Below, one piece after another: positions 12,861 through 23,872 of a DNA stretch of 64,000 bases. The position numbers and the translations under genes are program-made. The notes beneath the pieces were generated by a model, which saw nothing but the letters and a program-made list of their open reading frames with translations, made no database searches and was not told the DNA's origin. Position 1 is the stretch's first letter, and the number at the start of each line of letters is the position of its first letter. Source of the DNA: Lama glama (taxonomy: Eukaryota); contig CM052816.1 of assembly GCA_028534125.1 (NCBI GenBank), positions 84,508,001 through 84,572,000 of the forward strand, read 5' to 3'.

Positions 12861-14977
12861 GGATTAGATTATATTGCCTTAAATTTTCTGTATGTTTCCT
12901 ACTTGGAAAGGAAGTAGTGTTTCATTCAGGCTTCTCCTGACGAACTAGTTTGGTGTTTACAGTAAATACTATCCATCATCTACATGGGCAATGTAGGAAA
13001 CTCTGAGACAAAACTGAAGAAGAATGTTTAGGATTTCATTTTTCGTGTTCACATTAACTCTGGCTTCATTGTGTTGTCATCATATTACCGATTTGTCTTT
13101 ATTACTACAATTGTATTTCATTGTATATTCTTTGATATGTATATTTGTAAGCAACCTCAAAGTCACTCTAGGACTCTTGTCAAAGGAAATGGGCTATTTC
13201 TAAATCTAAGACGTTCAACAGTGTGGGTTGTAGTGCTACATAAACCCATGTAAAAATTCAAACTCAGTGTGAATTTAAATAGCCTTTACAATTTCTGTTT
13301 AAATACATTGAACAGTTTTCTCATTGCAGTGCTTTGTTTTTTTGGTAGATTTATAACATATTTAAAACACAAAGCTTAGTTCCAACCATATAGAAGATCT
13401 TCAAAAGTTAAATGATTCATCTCCATTAATTTTATGGCTGTCAGAACTTTAAAAAAATCATAAAGTAACTCTTCAGTGCTTAGATGCAGATTAAAAGAAG
13501 AACAGCTACACACTGAGGCTATTTTTTCATTTGACTGCATTTCTGTTGATGGGCTTGTGCTTTGTATCTGAGTGTATGACACATGACGAAAAACGCGTAC
13601 AAAAGTCTGCCTGCTCCTCTTCCTTTCCCCAAAGTGAAACAGTTATCATCCTGACTCATTCTTCCAGGTTGCTTCTATAGGATGACTAATCAATTCACTC
13701 AAACAACTAGCTAACCCAGGACACAATGTCCAGATGTTCACTAACAGAAACAGTGCCGGCTGGCACACAACAACAACAACAAAAAGTACATTTGAAAAAG
13801 TTTTCTAGTTTCAAACTACTAATCAGTCTGTTCTATCAGTAAATGAGTTAACAGATTCTTACAGAGCATTCCAAACATGAGGGGTGCAGGGAACTGGCCT
13901 GGGAGAGAGTATGTTCTTAATAAATATTTATCACAAAAATCAACAGAACCCGTCTTGTTGTTGAAACGGATAAAGAAGTCTGAGATGTGTACTTATCTCA
14001 TGAGGTTTATGTACATTAAGATTACTAGAAGATAACCACAGGACTGGGGCCTAAAGGATGTGCTTAAAAGTGTTAGAAACTATAAACATTCTAGGAGCTT
14101 CACTTCATAGGTTTTTCAGTCAAAACACTTCCAAGAAGTTGAGGTTTTACCTAGATTTTGAGAAGTGGCTGCAAATATCGAGAGAGAGACTTGATAATGT
14201 GGGTTCTAATAAAAGGGCTGAAATGAAAGGTGGGAAAAAGAATTAAAGGATAAAGTGGAGGACAAACACTGCAGAAAGGTAGAAGGAAAAAAAGCATAAT
14301 CTGGTGGCATTTTGCCAGATGAATGAGTGTGTATTTTGGAATAGAGGGAGCAAGTTCCGAGGCAAGAAGAACAGCATGAAATTTACTGCAATTATCTTAA
14401 GACGAAGCAGTAAGAGCTGAACTAACCAAATGGCATAGAATAGAAATGACAGATGTATGAGATATTGCACATGATGAATCAACTCTCCTCCTTTCAATCT
14501 CCAAAATAGCCTGGATAGTTAAATATGCTGATAATACAAATTTATGGGGAGTGGTAAACACAAGGGAACATAAATGAGAATCTGAAAGGGACTGGAATGT
14601 TTTGATAAACAAGCTAGTTGGCAAGCACATCTAAATGACAGCTCCTGTGAAGAAAAATATGCTCAATAATAATTAAGAACCATCAAGAATTAATGGTTTG
14701 ATTCAGGCAGGAACAGTGTTTGACTTACAAAGGCAATAGAATCCATAGTTACATTTATCATCCAGAGAAAATAATACTTATCACATTTTAAAGTTTATAA
14801 AACATTCCCACATACAGTAATTCATTTGTATTAAAAGGCCACTGTAAGGAAGACACGGCTTACACAGTCATTTTGTTTTCATTGTGCGGCCATTCCACTG
14901 AATGGGAGTGCATCTGAGGCTGTGTGGAGGGGATATAGTTGGGCAGAGATATAACTGCATTTCTATGCTTAAGAAGG

Positions 14978-15362
14978 CATATCAGTCATGGGCCTGGCAG
15001 GAAAAAAGGCGTCAGTGTGGAGAGTTTAAAACTTAAAAATATGGGCAATCATCCAAGGCTAATAAAAGCAAGGAGCTTTTGTCTCAAAGGCAGAAGGAAG
15101 TTACAGGAATTGTGTCCTTTGGTGGAGAAATGCAACTAACCTGGGGAAACCTGGAAAGCAGTGAGCTAGAAAATAAACACTCACGTCATACCAATCTCCT
15201 ATACTCCCATCTTCTCTTGCTACCTGTTAATGGTCAAACCCAACCCAAAGCCGGAGGCAAGGGACCCTGTCCATCCAGCCTGTATGAGTAAGTCTCTCAG
15301 GGCCAGAAAGGGGTAGAAGCATATGGCAAGCAGCTCTGGAAGGGAAAAGGAAAATATCCACA
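14978..15362 (-). mobile_element. ERVL LTR33-like solo LTR
   Basis: tatcagtcatgggcctggcaggaaa...atggtcaaacccaacccaaagccggaggcaaggga...ctggaagggaaaaggaaaatatccaca matches the recalled LTR33 reverse consensus. Confidence 0.8.
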
Positions 15363-16039
15363 AAGAACTTGTCCCGTGTCTTTCAGACAGGAGAAAAAAA
15401 TAACTGGAATAAATTATAGAAGACTGTAGGCATCTTCCTAATTCACAGCTTCATTTTAGGTAAATGATCCAAAACAGCTTTTCCAGCAAGAGATGACTCT
15501 GATTCATATCATGTTTGTCAAGTGAAAATATCCTGGCCTAAATTAGCTGGACCAGGAAAGTTACCTGTGATGTATGTATGGGACTGGGCATAAGTGAAAC
15601 TGACTTATTTCTTAAGTGACTTACATGTTCAACATGCCCCAAACAGATCTGTAATAAGAACATTACGTGCTTAAACGGAGAGCATTTTTTTCTCAAACTC
15701 TGGCTAAATACTGTATAAAAGCGATGGTGCAATTTTCCTGGCTCCAAGAGTTTTGTTTTGTTTTGATTTGTTTTGTTTTTTAATAGCATTGTTCAAATTG
15801 AGATGCCGTCTCACCTGCCCTTATATTTCTGCAGCAGAGTTCAATTTCCAGAGGTGATTTAGGTACAATTGATTTTTTCACTATTTATGAAGTCAATTAA
15901 AATGCAGGACTTCAGTACAGTAGCTAAGTTCATTAATTTATTCCTATAGCTATTTCACATATAAATGGTTTAAATATTCAAAATGTCAACACCATGATAA
16001 GGTTCTCCAATGATTCTTAAACAGGGTGGCAGACACCAC

Positions 16040-16807
16040 TAGCACTCACTAAAACACATAGTTTGACTCTCCTTTGGTACCTGCCACACTGAATTTAGAT
16101 CTATTAAGTGACTGATTTGGCCATTTAATCACGAGAATAGTGACATGTGTCACTTCTGCCAGGCTTCATGCAAAAGCAAGTGCACAGTCCTCCATATCCT
16201 TCTCCCTCACCGTGGTGAACCCTGAGGTCCAGCACCACGAAGGCTGTGGAATGAGAGAGTGGAGGCTGCACCAGCTTTGGCACCTGTTTGACTACAGTGA
16301 ACAGAGCCCTCCTGCTGACCAGCATTAGATATGCAGAAAGAGTGAGGATTCACATTTGTGGTTTTAAGACCCTGGGATATGAGGGACTGTTCCGTACTGC
16401 AGTATAAACCAGCCAGTTGTTTTAATCAGCTTGGGCTGCTGTAATAAAATACCATAAACTGGGTGGCTTATAAACAACAGAAGTTTCCTTCTTTCTCACA
16501 GTTCTGGAGGGTGGAAGTCTGAGATCAGGGTGTAAGCATCACCAGGTTCTGGTGAGAGTCCTCTTCTGGGTTACAGACTGTCCACTTCTCCTTGTACCCT
16601 CATATGGCAGAAAGAGAACTAATTAATATTTTTACTTTTTCTTATAAAGATACTAACCTCATTCATGAGAGCTCCACCATCATGACCTTAATTATCTCCC
16701 AGAGGCCCCACCTCTAAATGTCATCACATTAGGCTCTGGATTTCAACATTTAAATTTTTTGAGAGGATATAAACTTTCAGTTCATCACATCAATGTTGCA
16801 TGATACA
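16040..16807 (+). mobile_element. MaLR LTR, MLT1I/J-like, interrupted near its 3' end
   Basis: gtgacatgtgtcacttc...gaacagagccctcctgctgacc...gtactgcagtataaaccagcc; terminal tgataca resumes after the nested MLT1A0. Confidence 0.75.
16418..16789 (-). mobile_element. MaLR LTR, MLT1A0-like solo LTR
   Basis: tgttttaatcagcttgggctgctgtaataaaataccataaactgggtggcttataaacaacagaa...ttcagttcatcaca; TG...CA ends, degenerate TSD ccagt/tcaat. Confidence 0.9.
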
Positions 16808-17059
16808 TTCTCTATCAGGAGAAGACTGTAATTCTTAAAATTGCATATAAGAACCTTAATGACTCACTCACTCCCTACTTCGTGTAATCTGCCAAAAGAA
16901 CACTATTCTCCATGTATACAGAACAACATTAAGTCCCTCAATCATGCCATGATTATGTCTCTAAGCATGTGTGCATCCTTCTACTGAAGTGCATTTCTTA
17001 CCATTCTTTACCTCACTGACTCTTCACTGCCTCACCAGATCACTTTACTCACACAAAAG

Positions 17060-17740
17060 CAGTACTGAGCTAGAGTCAGTTCATATCAGTCCATGAGAGC
17101 CAAGTGTTTACATTTTCAGCAACTCTGCAATCCAGTTTTTAAATAGCTTATGAATTAAATTACAAAAGTTAGAATTAAATAAATTACATAAAAAACAAAA
17201 TACATACTCAAAACCCATCACTTCTTCTTTATTTTTCTCATTTTACTATTTTCTATGTTCTTGAGATTATTTATGTCTATTTTTGTATGTACGCTGAAAA
17301 TAATGATGAGTCGTACCACTAGGCATCTCTTCCCAATTCCGAGTTCAATGACATAAATTTGGTAGCTTGAAATCTGTCAGTGTAGGAATATTTACAGCCC
17401 AGATATCAAATAAATACTACAAAACAGGGCTGGATAGATTCTTTTATATATTGCCTAGGCTTAGGAAAGCGTTGGAGAAAATGTTAATAAAGTAATTAAA
17501 CTTAAAAGTACACACAACTACAAACAAAAATGTTGAGGAAATATTTTTTCCAGTATTCAAAACCCATTATCTAGCTCAGCAGAGAAGCTACTCATATCCT
17601 TGATGAACAAGCATAGTTCTGACATACATTTTTATTGTTTTATTATCTTACCCATTAACATAGATAAAAGTATAAACCAGCATTCACAGCAGAATTATAC
17701 CTTGGCATCCAGTTGTTAAACATTAACTAGCACATCATTG
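17060..17740 (+). mobile_element. MER63-like hAT-Blackjack non-autonomous DNA transposon
   Basis: TIRs cagtactgagctag...ctagcacatcattg; perfect 8-bp TSD cacaaaag at 17052-17059 and 17741-17748; internal gcatctcttcccaattccgagttc...ttggtagcttgaaatc. Confidence 0.9.
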
Positions 17741-17813
17741 CACAAAAGTTGCCTCATTAAAGGAAGTTTTTCTCTATAATATTCCTTAAGGAAGTTCTTC
17801 ATGATAATCTAAA

Positions 17814-18135
17814 TGCTGTAGATTGAATGTCTGTGTTTCCCCAAAATTCACATGTTAAAGTACTAATCCCCAAAATGACTATATTTGGACACTGGGTCTG
17901 TGAGGAGGTGATGTAAGTCAAATGAGACCATAAGGATGGGTCCCTAATCTAATAGGGCTTGTGCCCTTATAAGAAACAGAAGAAGTGCCCAAAGAGAGGT
18001 CTCACCAGGAACCTAACAGGCTAAAACTTTGGTCTTGGACTTTCCAGCTTCCAGAACTATGAAAAATAAGTATCAGTTATTTAAACCATCCAGTCAATGG
18101 TATCTTGCCATGGCACTCTGAGCTGACTTAAGACA
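17814..18135 (+). mobile_element. MaLR LTR, MLT1A-like solo LTR
   Basis: tgctgtagattgaatgtctgtgtttccccaaaattcacatgttaaag...tcttggactttccagcttccagaactatga...gctgacttaagaca. Confidence 0.9.
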
Positions 18136-18254
18136 CCAACCCAATCTGAGGAACGCTCTACCTAACTGCTCTTATTGCTCCCTTAGCATAATATTATCAG
18201 AGGATCTATATACTCCAGGAGAAGTGTTTCTATGAGTCACAGCCAGTAGAAACA

Positions 18255-18516
18255 GTAATTCATTATATACTGTGTAGGAAGTACTTTCCAAGTGCTGGGG
18301 AAGCAGCTTTGAACACTTGTTCAAAAAGTTCTTTGCTTTTATGGAGATTATACTCTAGTTTAAGGAGACAAAATACATAGATAAATACTATCAGTGAAAT
18401 AAGATCACTTACGGTAGTGCTAAGAAAATAAAAGTAGACAATGTTAAAGAAAGCGATTGTGAAAGGTGGTATTTTGTATACCAGATGGTAATGATTTGGT
18501 CTTTGAAATGAAGACC
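18255..18516 (-). mobile_element. L2 3' region (left part of a split element)
   Basis: aagtgctggggaagcagctttgaaca...ctttgcttttatggagattatactctagtttaaggagaca. Confidence 0.75.
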
Positions 18517-18983
18517 TTGGTTTGCTCTCAGGATTCCCAAATTCCTGTTTCCAGGAACAAAATATTCCTTCTCCTAGCTGTTGAGAGCATTAGAGATTGC
18601 CTTTTCACAGCTGAATCTCTCTTCCTTGAAATGTTGACCTTTAGCTGAAGTGACTTGCCTCTGTAAAGGAAAACCCCCTTCCTTGTGGGTAAGACCCATC
18701 CAAGTGCCTGTATAATAAATGATTAAATGGGCCGGGTCTCTGTCTCAATCCAGGCAATTCTCATGGTTATCCTGGCTTCAGAGCTCTCTGTGAGACTGGC
18801 TGAAACATCTACAACACTGCATCAACAACAAGCTTTTTCCATATGAGAGCAACCAACTTTTCCCTCCACCCAATCTTGCTTCCTTAACTCTCCACAGTTG
18901 TTGGTCCTGAAAACCTTTTTCATCAATATTTTTACATGTAAATATTTGTGTCAGTCTGCTTCATGGGCAATTCAACTAGTAAG
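18517..18983 (+). mobile_element. ERVL LTR16-like 5' LTR
   Basis: cagctgaatctcttcc...ggcttcagagctctctgtgagactggctgaa...ccacccaatcttgcttcctt...tcagtctgcttcatgggcaattcaact, followed by a degenerate ERVL PBS region. Confidence 0.8.
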
Positions 18984-20194
18984 TGTTGGAAAAAGGAGTG
19001 ATCTGAAAAAAAAATAGGTGCTAAAATGTAATATTTGACCTCAATTACTCATTGACTAGTTGGCAAAGAAATTCCTTTCACGCATTGGGTGGATGGACCA
19101 TGGAAAGCTCGTGATACAGGGCAGGGTTGCAAACGTGCAACTATTAAAACCTCCACTGGTGGTGAGCCGAGATGGTGCATCAGTGGAAAAAATACACTAG
19201 CTAATATAAAGTAGCAGGTGTCTTGAAATGCAGGGAAAATTGTAACCATGAGGACAATAAAATTAGATGGCTGTTGCTGGGGACAACTGATGCACTGGAG
19301 AAGGATAATAAAAGACTGAGGGTGACTAATAAGCAATTAAATGCTAAGTATGAATAACAGAAGCAGCCTTGGCATCATATATGTAGACTCTTGTGATGCC
19401 AGAGTGCAAGAAAAAGCTGAGCATCAGTTTCAGGGTTTAGTTATATTACAAAATTCCTGAGAAGTTTGAATTTTCACTCTAGATATATCCACTATGAAAA
19501 GACCAAGGCACTAGTTGTGAACGAATGGGGAACTGTGATATTGAATGAAGACTTAACGTTTGAAACAATTCAAATCATGAATCTAAAAGATATTATCTGA
19601 CCCCTTGAGCCTGCAGAAGTGGCCCACACCCTAACAGTTAAATGCCAGAAGACAGAGTTTAACTTACATGAAGGAAGGGCCTTATAGGACAACACACTCC
19701 CTGCTCAGGGCCTGACCCTACTTCCCCTCCTGACCACCAGAATAAAACTTGGATGAAGGGACAATATAACCCCACTTGGCAAGTGCAGAGTACACTAAAA
19801 AAGAAAAGGCACTACCTCCCAAAGCAGGAGCAATAACAAGTCGGCATGTAGCACTGGAAAGTCAGAATTTTTTCCCCATCCCTGTAAGAAAACTGGGGCT
19901 TAAAAAGTTACATTCATATGGAACAGACAACAGTATGAATTTATGTTAACTCTCATGCTCTCTGTCATAAAATAATCCAGAGATCTGTATCCATTGGTGA
20001 CACAGAATATTACATCGCTCCACTATAGTGTTGAGACCATGTCAACTAGATCAAATCAGAAACTGGCAAGTACGTTGGCACAGAAGTTGTGAGATCAAAC
20101 TGACCATTTCAGGAGCCGAGGAGCCTGCCTAGACTTCCCTCCAAAATAAAGAAGACTGCTGCACTTGGTTCCGTCAACCATAAAGGAAACAGTG
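18984..20194 (+). mobile_element. ERVL internal region: decayed gag and RT remnants
   Basis: RT-like peptides FIWNRQQYEF (19913-19942), YVNSHALCHKIIQ (19942-19980) and QNITSLHY (20003-20026) resemble ERVL pol FTWxGQQYTF / YVNSPALCHNIV / QNITLVHYIDD; many stops and deletions. Confidence 0.85.
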
Positions 20195-21082
20195 CTTGAG
20201 CTGAGAATCAGTATTTCCTTCACTAACAATTTGAAGTGAGTCTCTTTGTACTCTGAGGCAAATGGACTGTAAACTACAAGAACAGAAACTTAGAGAGCAA
20301 TTATTATAGAATCCATTTTAGAAATTATGGGGAGATTTCTAGGATGGCAACAATGCACAGGTAGTGAATTGGAAAATGCTGGATTCACTTTAGGGGTTTA
20401 GCTAAAAGGGTTTCTATTATATTTGATGTAGGAGATCAGATACATAAAAGATCCAAGATGCTATATAAATTCTTTTGTTATTCTATTCTGTTAATAGAAG
20501 TGATACTTAATAAAATGCGGAAGAGTTTTGAAGAAATATTTAGAGCATGTTAAGTTCAATTTACTTAAGGAACATCCAAGCAGAAATAATATGGAGAAAT
20601 TAAATACCTGAATCTGACCTGGGATATTTATATACACACAGTGTGGAATCCTAAGCAGTTCAGGAGCCTGAAATAGCTCACTTTAGTTTAGAAAGAAGAG
20701 GGTCCAGGAATGATTTCAGTTACTGCAACAGACTTTGATAAAAGGAACAGAATGATGCAAAGAAGGGACAGCCATTAAGTAAGAGAACAATCTTAGGAGT
20801 GTTAGGTTATGAAATTCAAGACAGACACATGTTTAAGAAAAAAAGGAGTAGTAAACTATATTCAGCATTGCTGGCAGGCAGAGTAAAATATGAACAAAAA
20901 CCTGATCATTAGATTTGACACTGAGAATGTCATTTTCAAGTTTAGTGGAATGGCAGGGTGAAAAAACCAGATTAGAGACATTTAGAGAACAGTCACTGAG
21001 TGAGGACAGCAATGTCTATTCATTGGAGGCACTTTACTTTAAGAGGGGTAGAATAATCAAATGGGAGCTACTGATATCAGGG
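20195..21082 (-). mobile_element. L2 continuation (right part)
   Basis: Resumes at cttgagctgaga; later catgttaagttc...aacatccaagcagaaat and gatcattagatttgaca...gtttagtggaatggcagggtgaaaaaaccagatt. Confidence 0.7.
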
Positions 21083-21182
21083 NNNNNNNNNNNNNNNNNN
21101 NNNNNNNNNNNNNNNNNNNNNNNNNNNNNNNNNNNNNNNNNNNNNNNNNNNNNNNNNNNNNNNNNNNNNNNNNNNNNNNNNN
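21083..21182. other. Assembly gap (100 N)
   Basis: Exactly 100 consecutive n, the usual unknown-size gap placeholder. Confidence 1.
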
Positions 21183-23802
21183 GTGATATTATGTATATAT
21201 AACTCAATTTTATTACTCTCTGTCTTAAAACCTGCACTAAAGGAATTCAAACATATGGTCTTAATTTTACTTTCATAGATTCTATTTGTTTCTATTTACT
21301 CTAAGCAAACAATAGTAGTCACCTACATACTACATCAACTCACCTCACGTCACCAACAAAACTATATTATTTTCTGTTCTCAAAAATGCATAAGCTCTTT
21401 CCTTTACTGCCTTTTTTTGTCTATGTGTTGTAGTGCTGTATTGCTGTATTGCTTCCAATTGTTCCTCCAGATATTTGAATATGTATTCTGCTTGCTGGAG
21501 CCATGTCCCATTCCACAGTACCTCTCTGTCCCATATATAATATAGTCACTAGAGAAGACTGTCCCATACAAGTGATTTGTAATGGGCAAGGCCTTCACAC
21601 TCATGTACTATTTTCTAGAATCTCACTGTGGGAAGCCTTTCACTTGCCATTCAATTTTGTGCAAGACATATTGATGCCAAAGAATAATGTTTTCTAAGGA
21701 GTTAGACTGTCAGAGTTGTGAGACATTCAATCTCAAAGAAGAATGGATATACAACGGTTTGAATATGTGGCTTAGCCTAAAATGTAATCTTAGAGATTTA
21801 TACTACAACCATAATACGATATATGAAGACTCTGGATTTCTTTATTTGCTCTTCTAGTCTAACTGCACTCTCTCTCAAACTTGGTAAACCCTGCAAAAGA
21901 TAACTGACTTCATCTTTGTGCACAGTGAAAACTGCTTCTTCCTCTCAGCACACTTCCAGCTATCCCTAAATAACTTAGCAAAAATAATTTTTGAAACAAA
22001 ACCCACAATGCTTCTTCCTTAGTAAGTATTCTACAGAAATAAAGACTCTTAAATAGTATGTTACAGATTTTTATTAAATTCTGCATTTTATGAGTATTCA
22101 AAAATTTTTACTGAAATATGGTTTATTATTACTTAAATAATTTGTTAATGTTGTTGAACATGATAAATTCGTAGAGTTTTTAATTATTTGGAACTATCAC
22201 AAAATATGTGTGATTTAGATAAATCATCATCTGGAGCCTTTTATAATTTTGTTTGTACTTTTATAATTGTCCGATAGAAGTATTAATATTAATTTCATAT
22301 TGAAATTTTGAAATTTCAAAAAAGAGCTATAATTCTAAAGATGTTTGAGGTTGTAATGCTACACTGATCACTGATGTTAGTTACATTTTTGGCAAAGTTA
22401 TACTAACTATCCCAAATATCATCAAAAATCATAGTAAGATTAATTTTATTCTAAAAATTTTGCAATAGTTTTCTGTTTAAATAGAGATATTTGAATAAAT
22501 CAGTTAAAAATTGGCCATTAAAAACTGAGTTTTACACTCAGGAAATGTTTGGGATCACTGAATTGTCATTAGTTTTACAACAAATAGAAACTTTTATGGC
22601 ATAATACACTGTTATTGTGTAAGTTCAGATGACATCTCAGATGTTCATTTCCTTTCTCTTCATCTCTATTTAAAAATCCCAATGAACATGGTATTCCTTA
22701 AAGGTAGTGCTGTTCTCTTCATTGCTCTAAGCCAAGAAAATCTGAAGTGTTCATAAAGTTTAATAACTTTGAGGTTTTGACAGTGTTCAAGTTAAATTCT
22801 AGAGATCCAAACAGATTCCTGTTATAATACTAGATTACAGCCAACTATAGAAGCAAATATATTTTTATATACTTATTTTCAAATATTTAGTATATTTGAA
22901 AGTGAATAATTATATACTTTTAAGTTTAATTGGTATTTGGGCTGAGTGTATGTGCGTATGTATTTAAATTTGCATTTCAGATACTAAAAATAACACATTA
23001 CCTGTCATCTTTGTATAATAAATAAAATAATTTTAGTGATCACTTTGAAAACAGTTCTCATATAATCCTTTTATGAGCTTTGCTACAACACTAGAAAAAA
23101 AATGATTTCCTAGCATCATAATACAAATCCTGGAAATTTTTAAAGGCGGTGTTTCCTGGATTAAAATCACAGCTGAATGTATCAGACTGTATAACATATG
23201 AGAGAAAAATAAATATTTAATATCCTCATATACTTGGTATATTAAATAATGATAGGTTTATCTCTTCTTTCCTAACCATAATGTTTAAAATGTATTAGTC
23301 TTTAAAATTAAATATGTTTTTAAAAACCTTTTTCTTAAATTGTTATGCTTGGTGGATTTGATTTCAGTTTAATAATTTATTGAACATTTTGTCTGAAGTT
23401 ACGTAACTGTAAGAACAAAGCTATTTCTAACATTCTCTTCTGCAATTTTCAATAAGTGGAATTCCAATTGATATGAGAGTTGAATAAAACGAATTCTACA
23501 ATAATAAATTCTGTGGAAAAGTATTTGCTAGGTTAAAATAAGAAGGAATTGGGTAACTTTCTTGCTTCAGACTTTAGCAAAATATAATAATATGGCCCAT
23601 ATGTATGTGCAAAGGCTATTTTTGCAGGTTAGTTTTCCTTTAAAATTGATACATGACCCAATTTAATATTACTGAAATTGTCAAGGGTCCCTTATACAAA
23701 TCAAATCATGCTTCTGTGAGTAATTAATTTTAAAAATATTTATTATTATATCCTAGTATGAAACCGTATCTGAATATGAACAATTTTAATGCAGTGTGAG
23801 AT

Positions 23803-23872
23803 CTTTCCTCTTCTTTCTCCCTCTCTTCCTTTCTCCCTCTTTCCCATTCTCTCACTCTCTTTCTTTCCTCCT
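23803..23872. repeat. CT-rich low-complexity tract
   Basis: ctttcctcttctttctccctctcttcctttctccctctttcccattctctcactctctttctttcctcct. Confidence 0.85.

Noticed and set aside
20915..21237. ORFs spanning X residues
   Set aside because: Artefacts of the 100-N gap.
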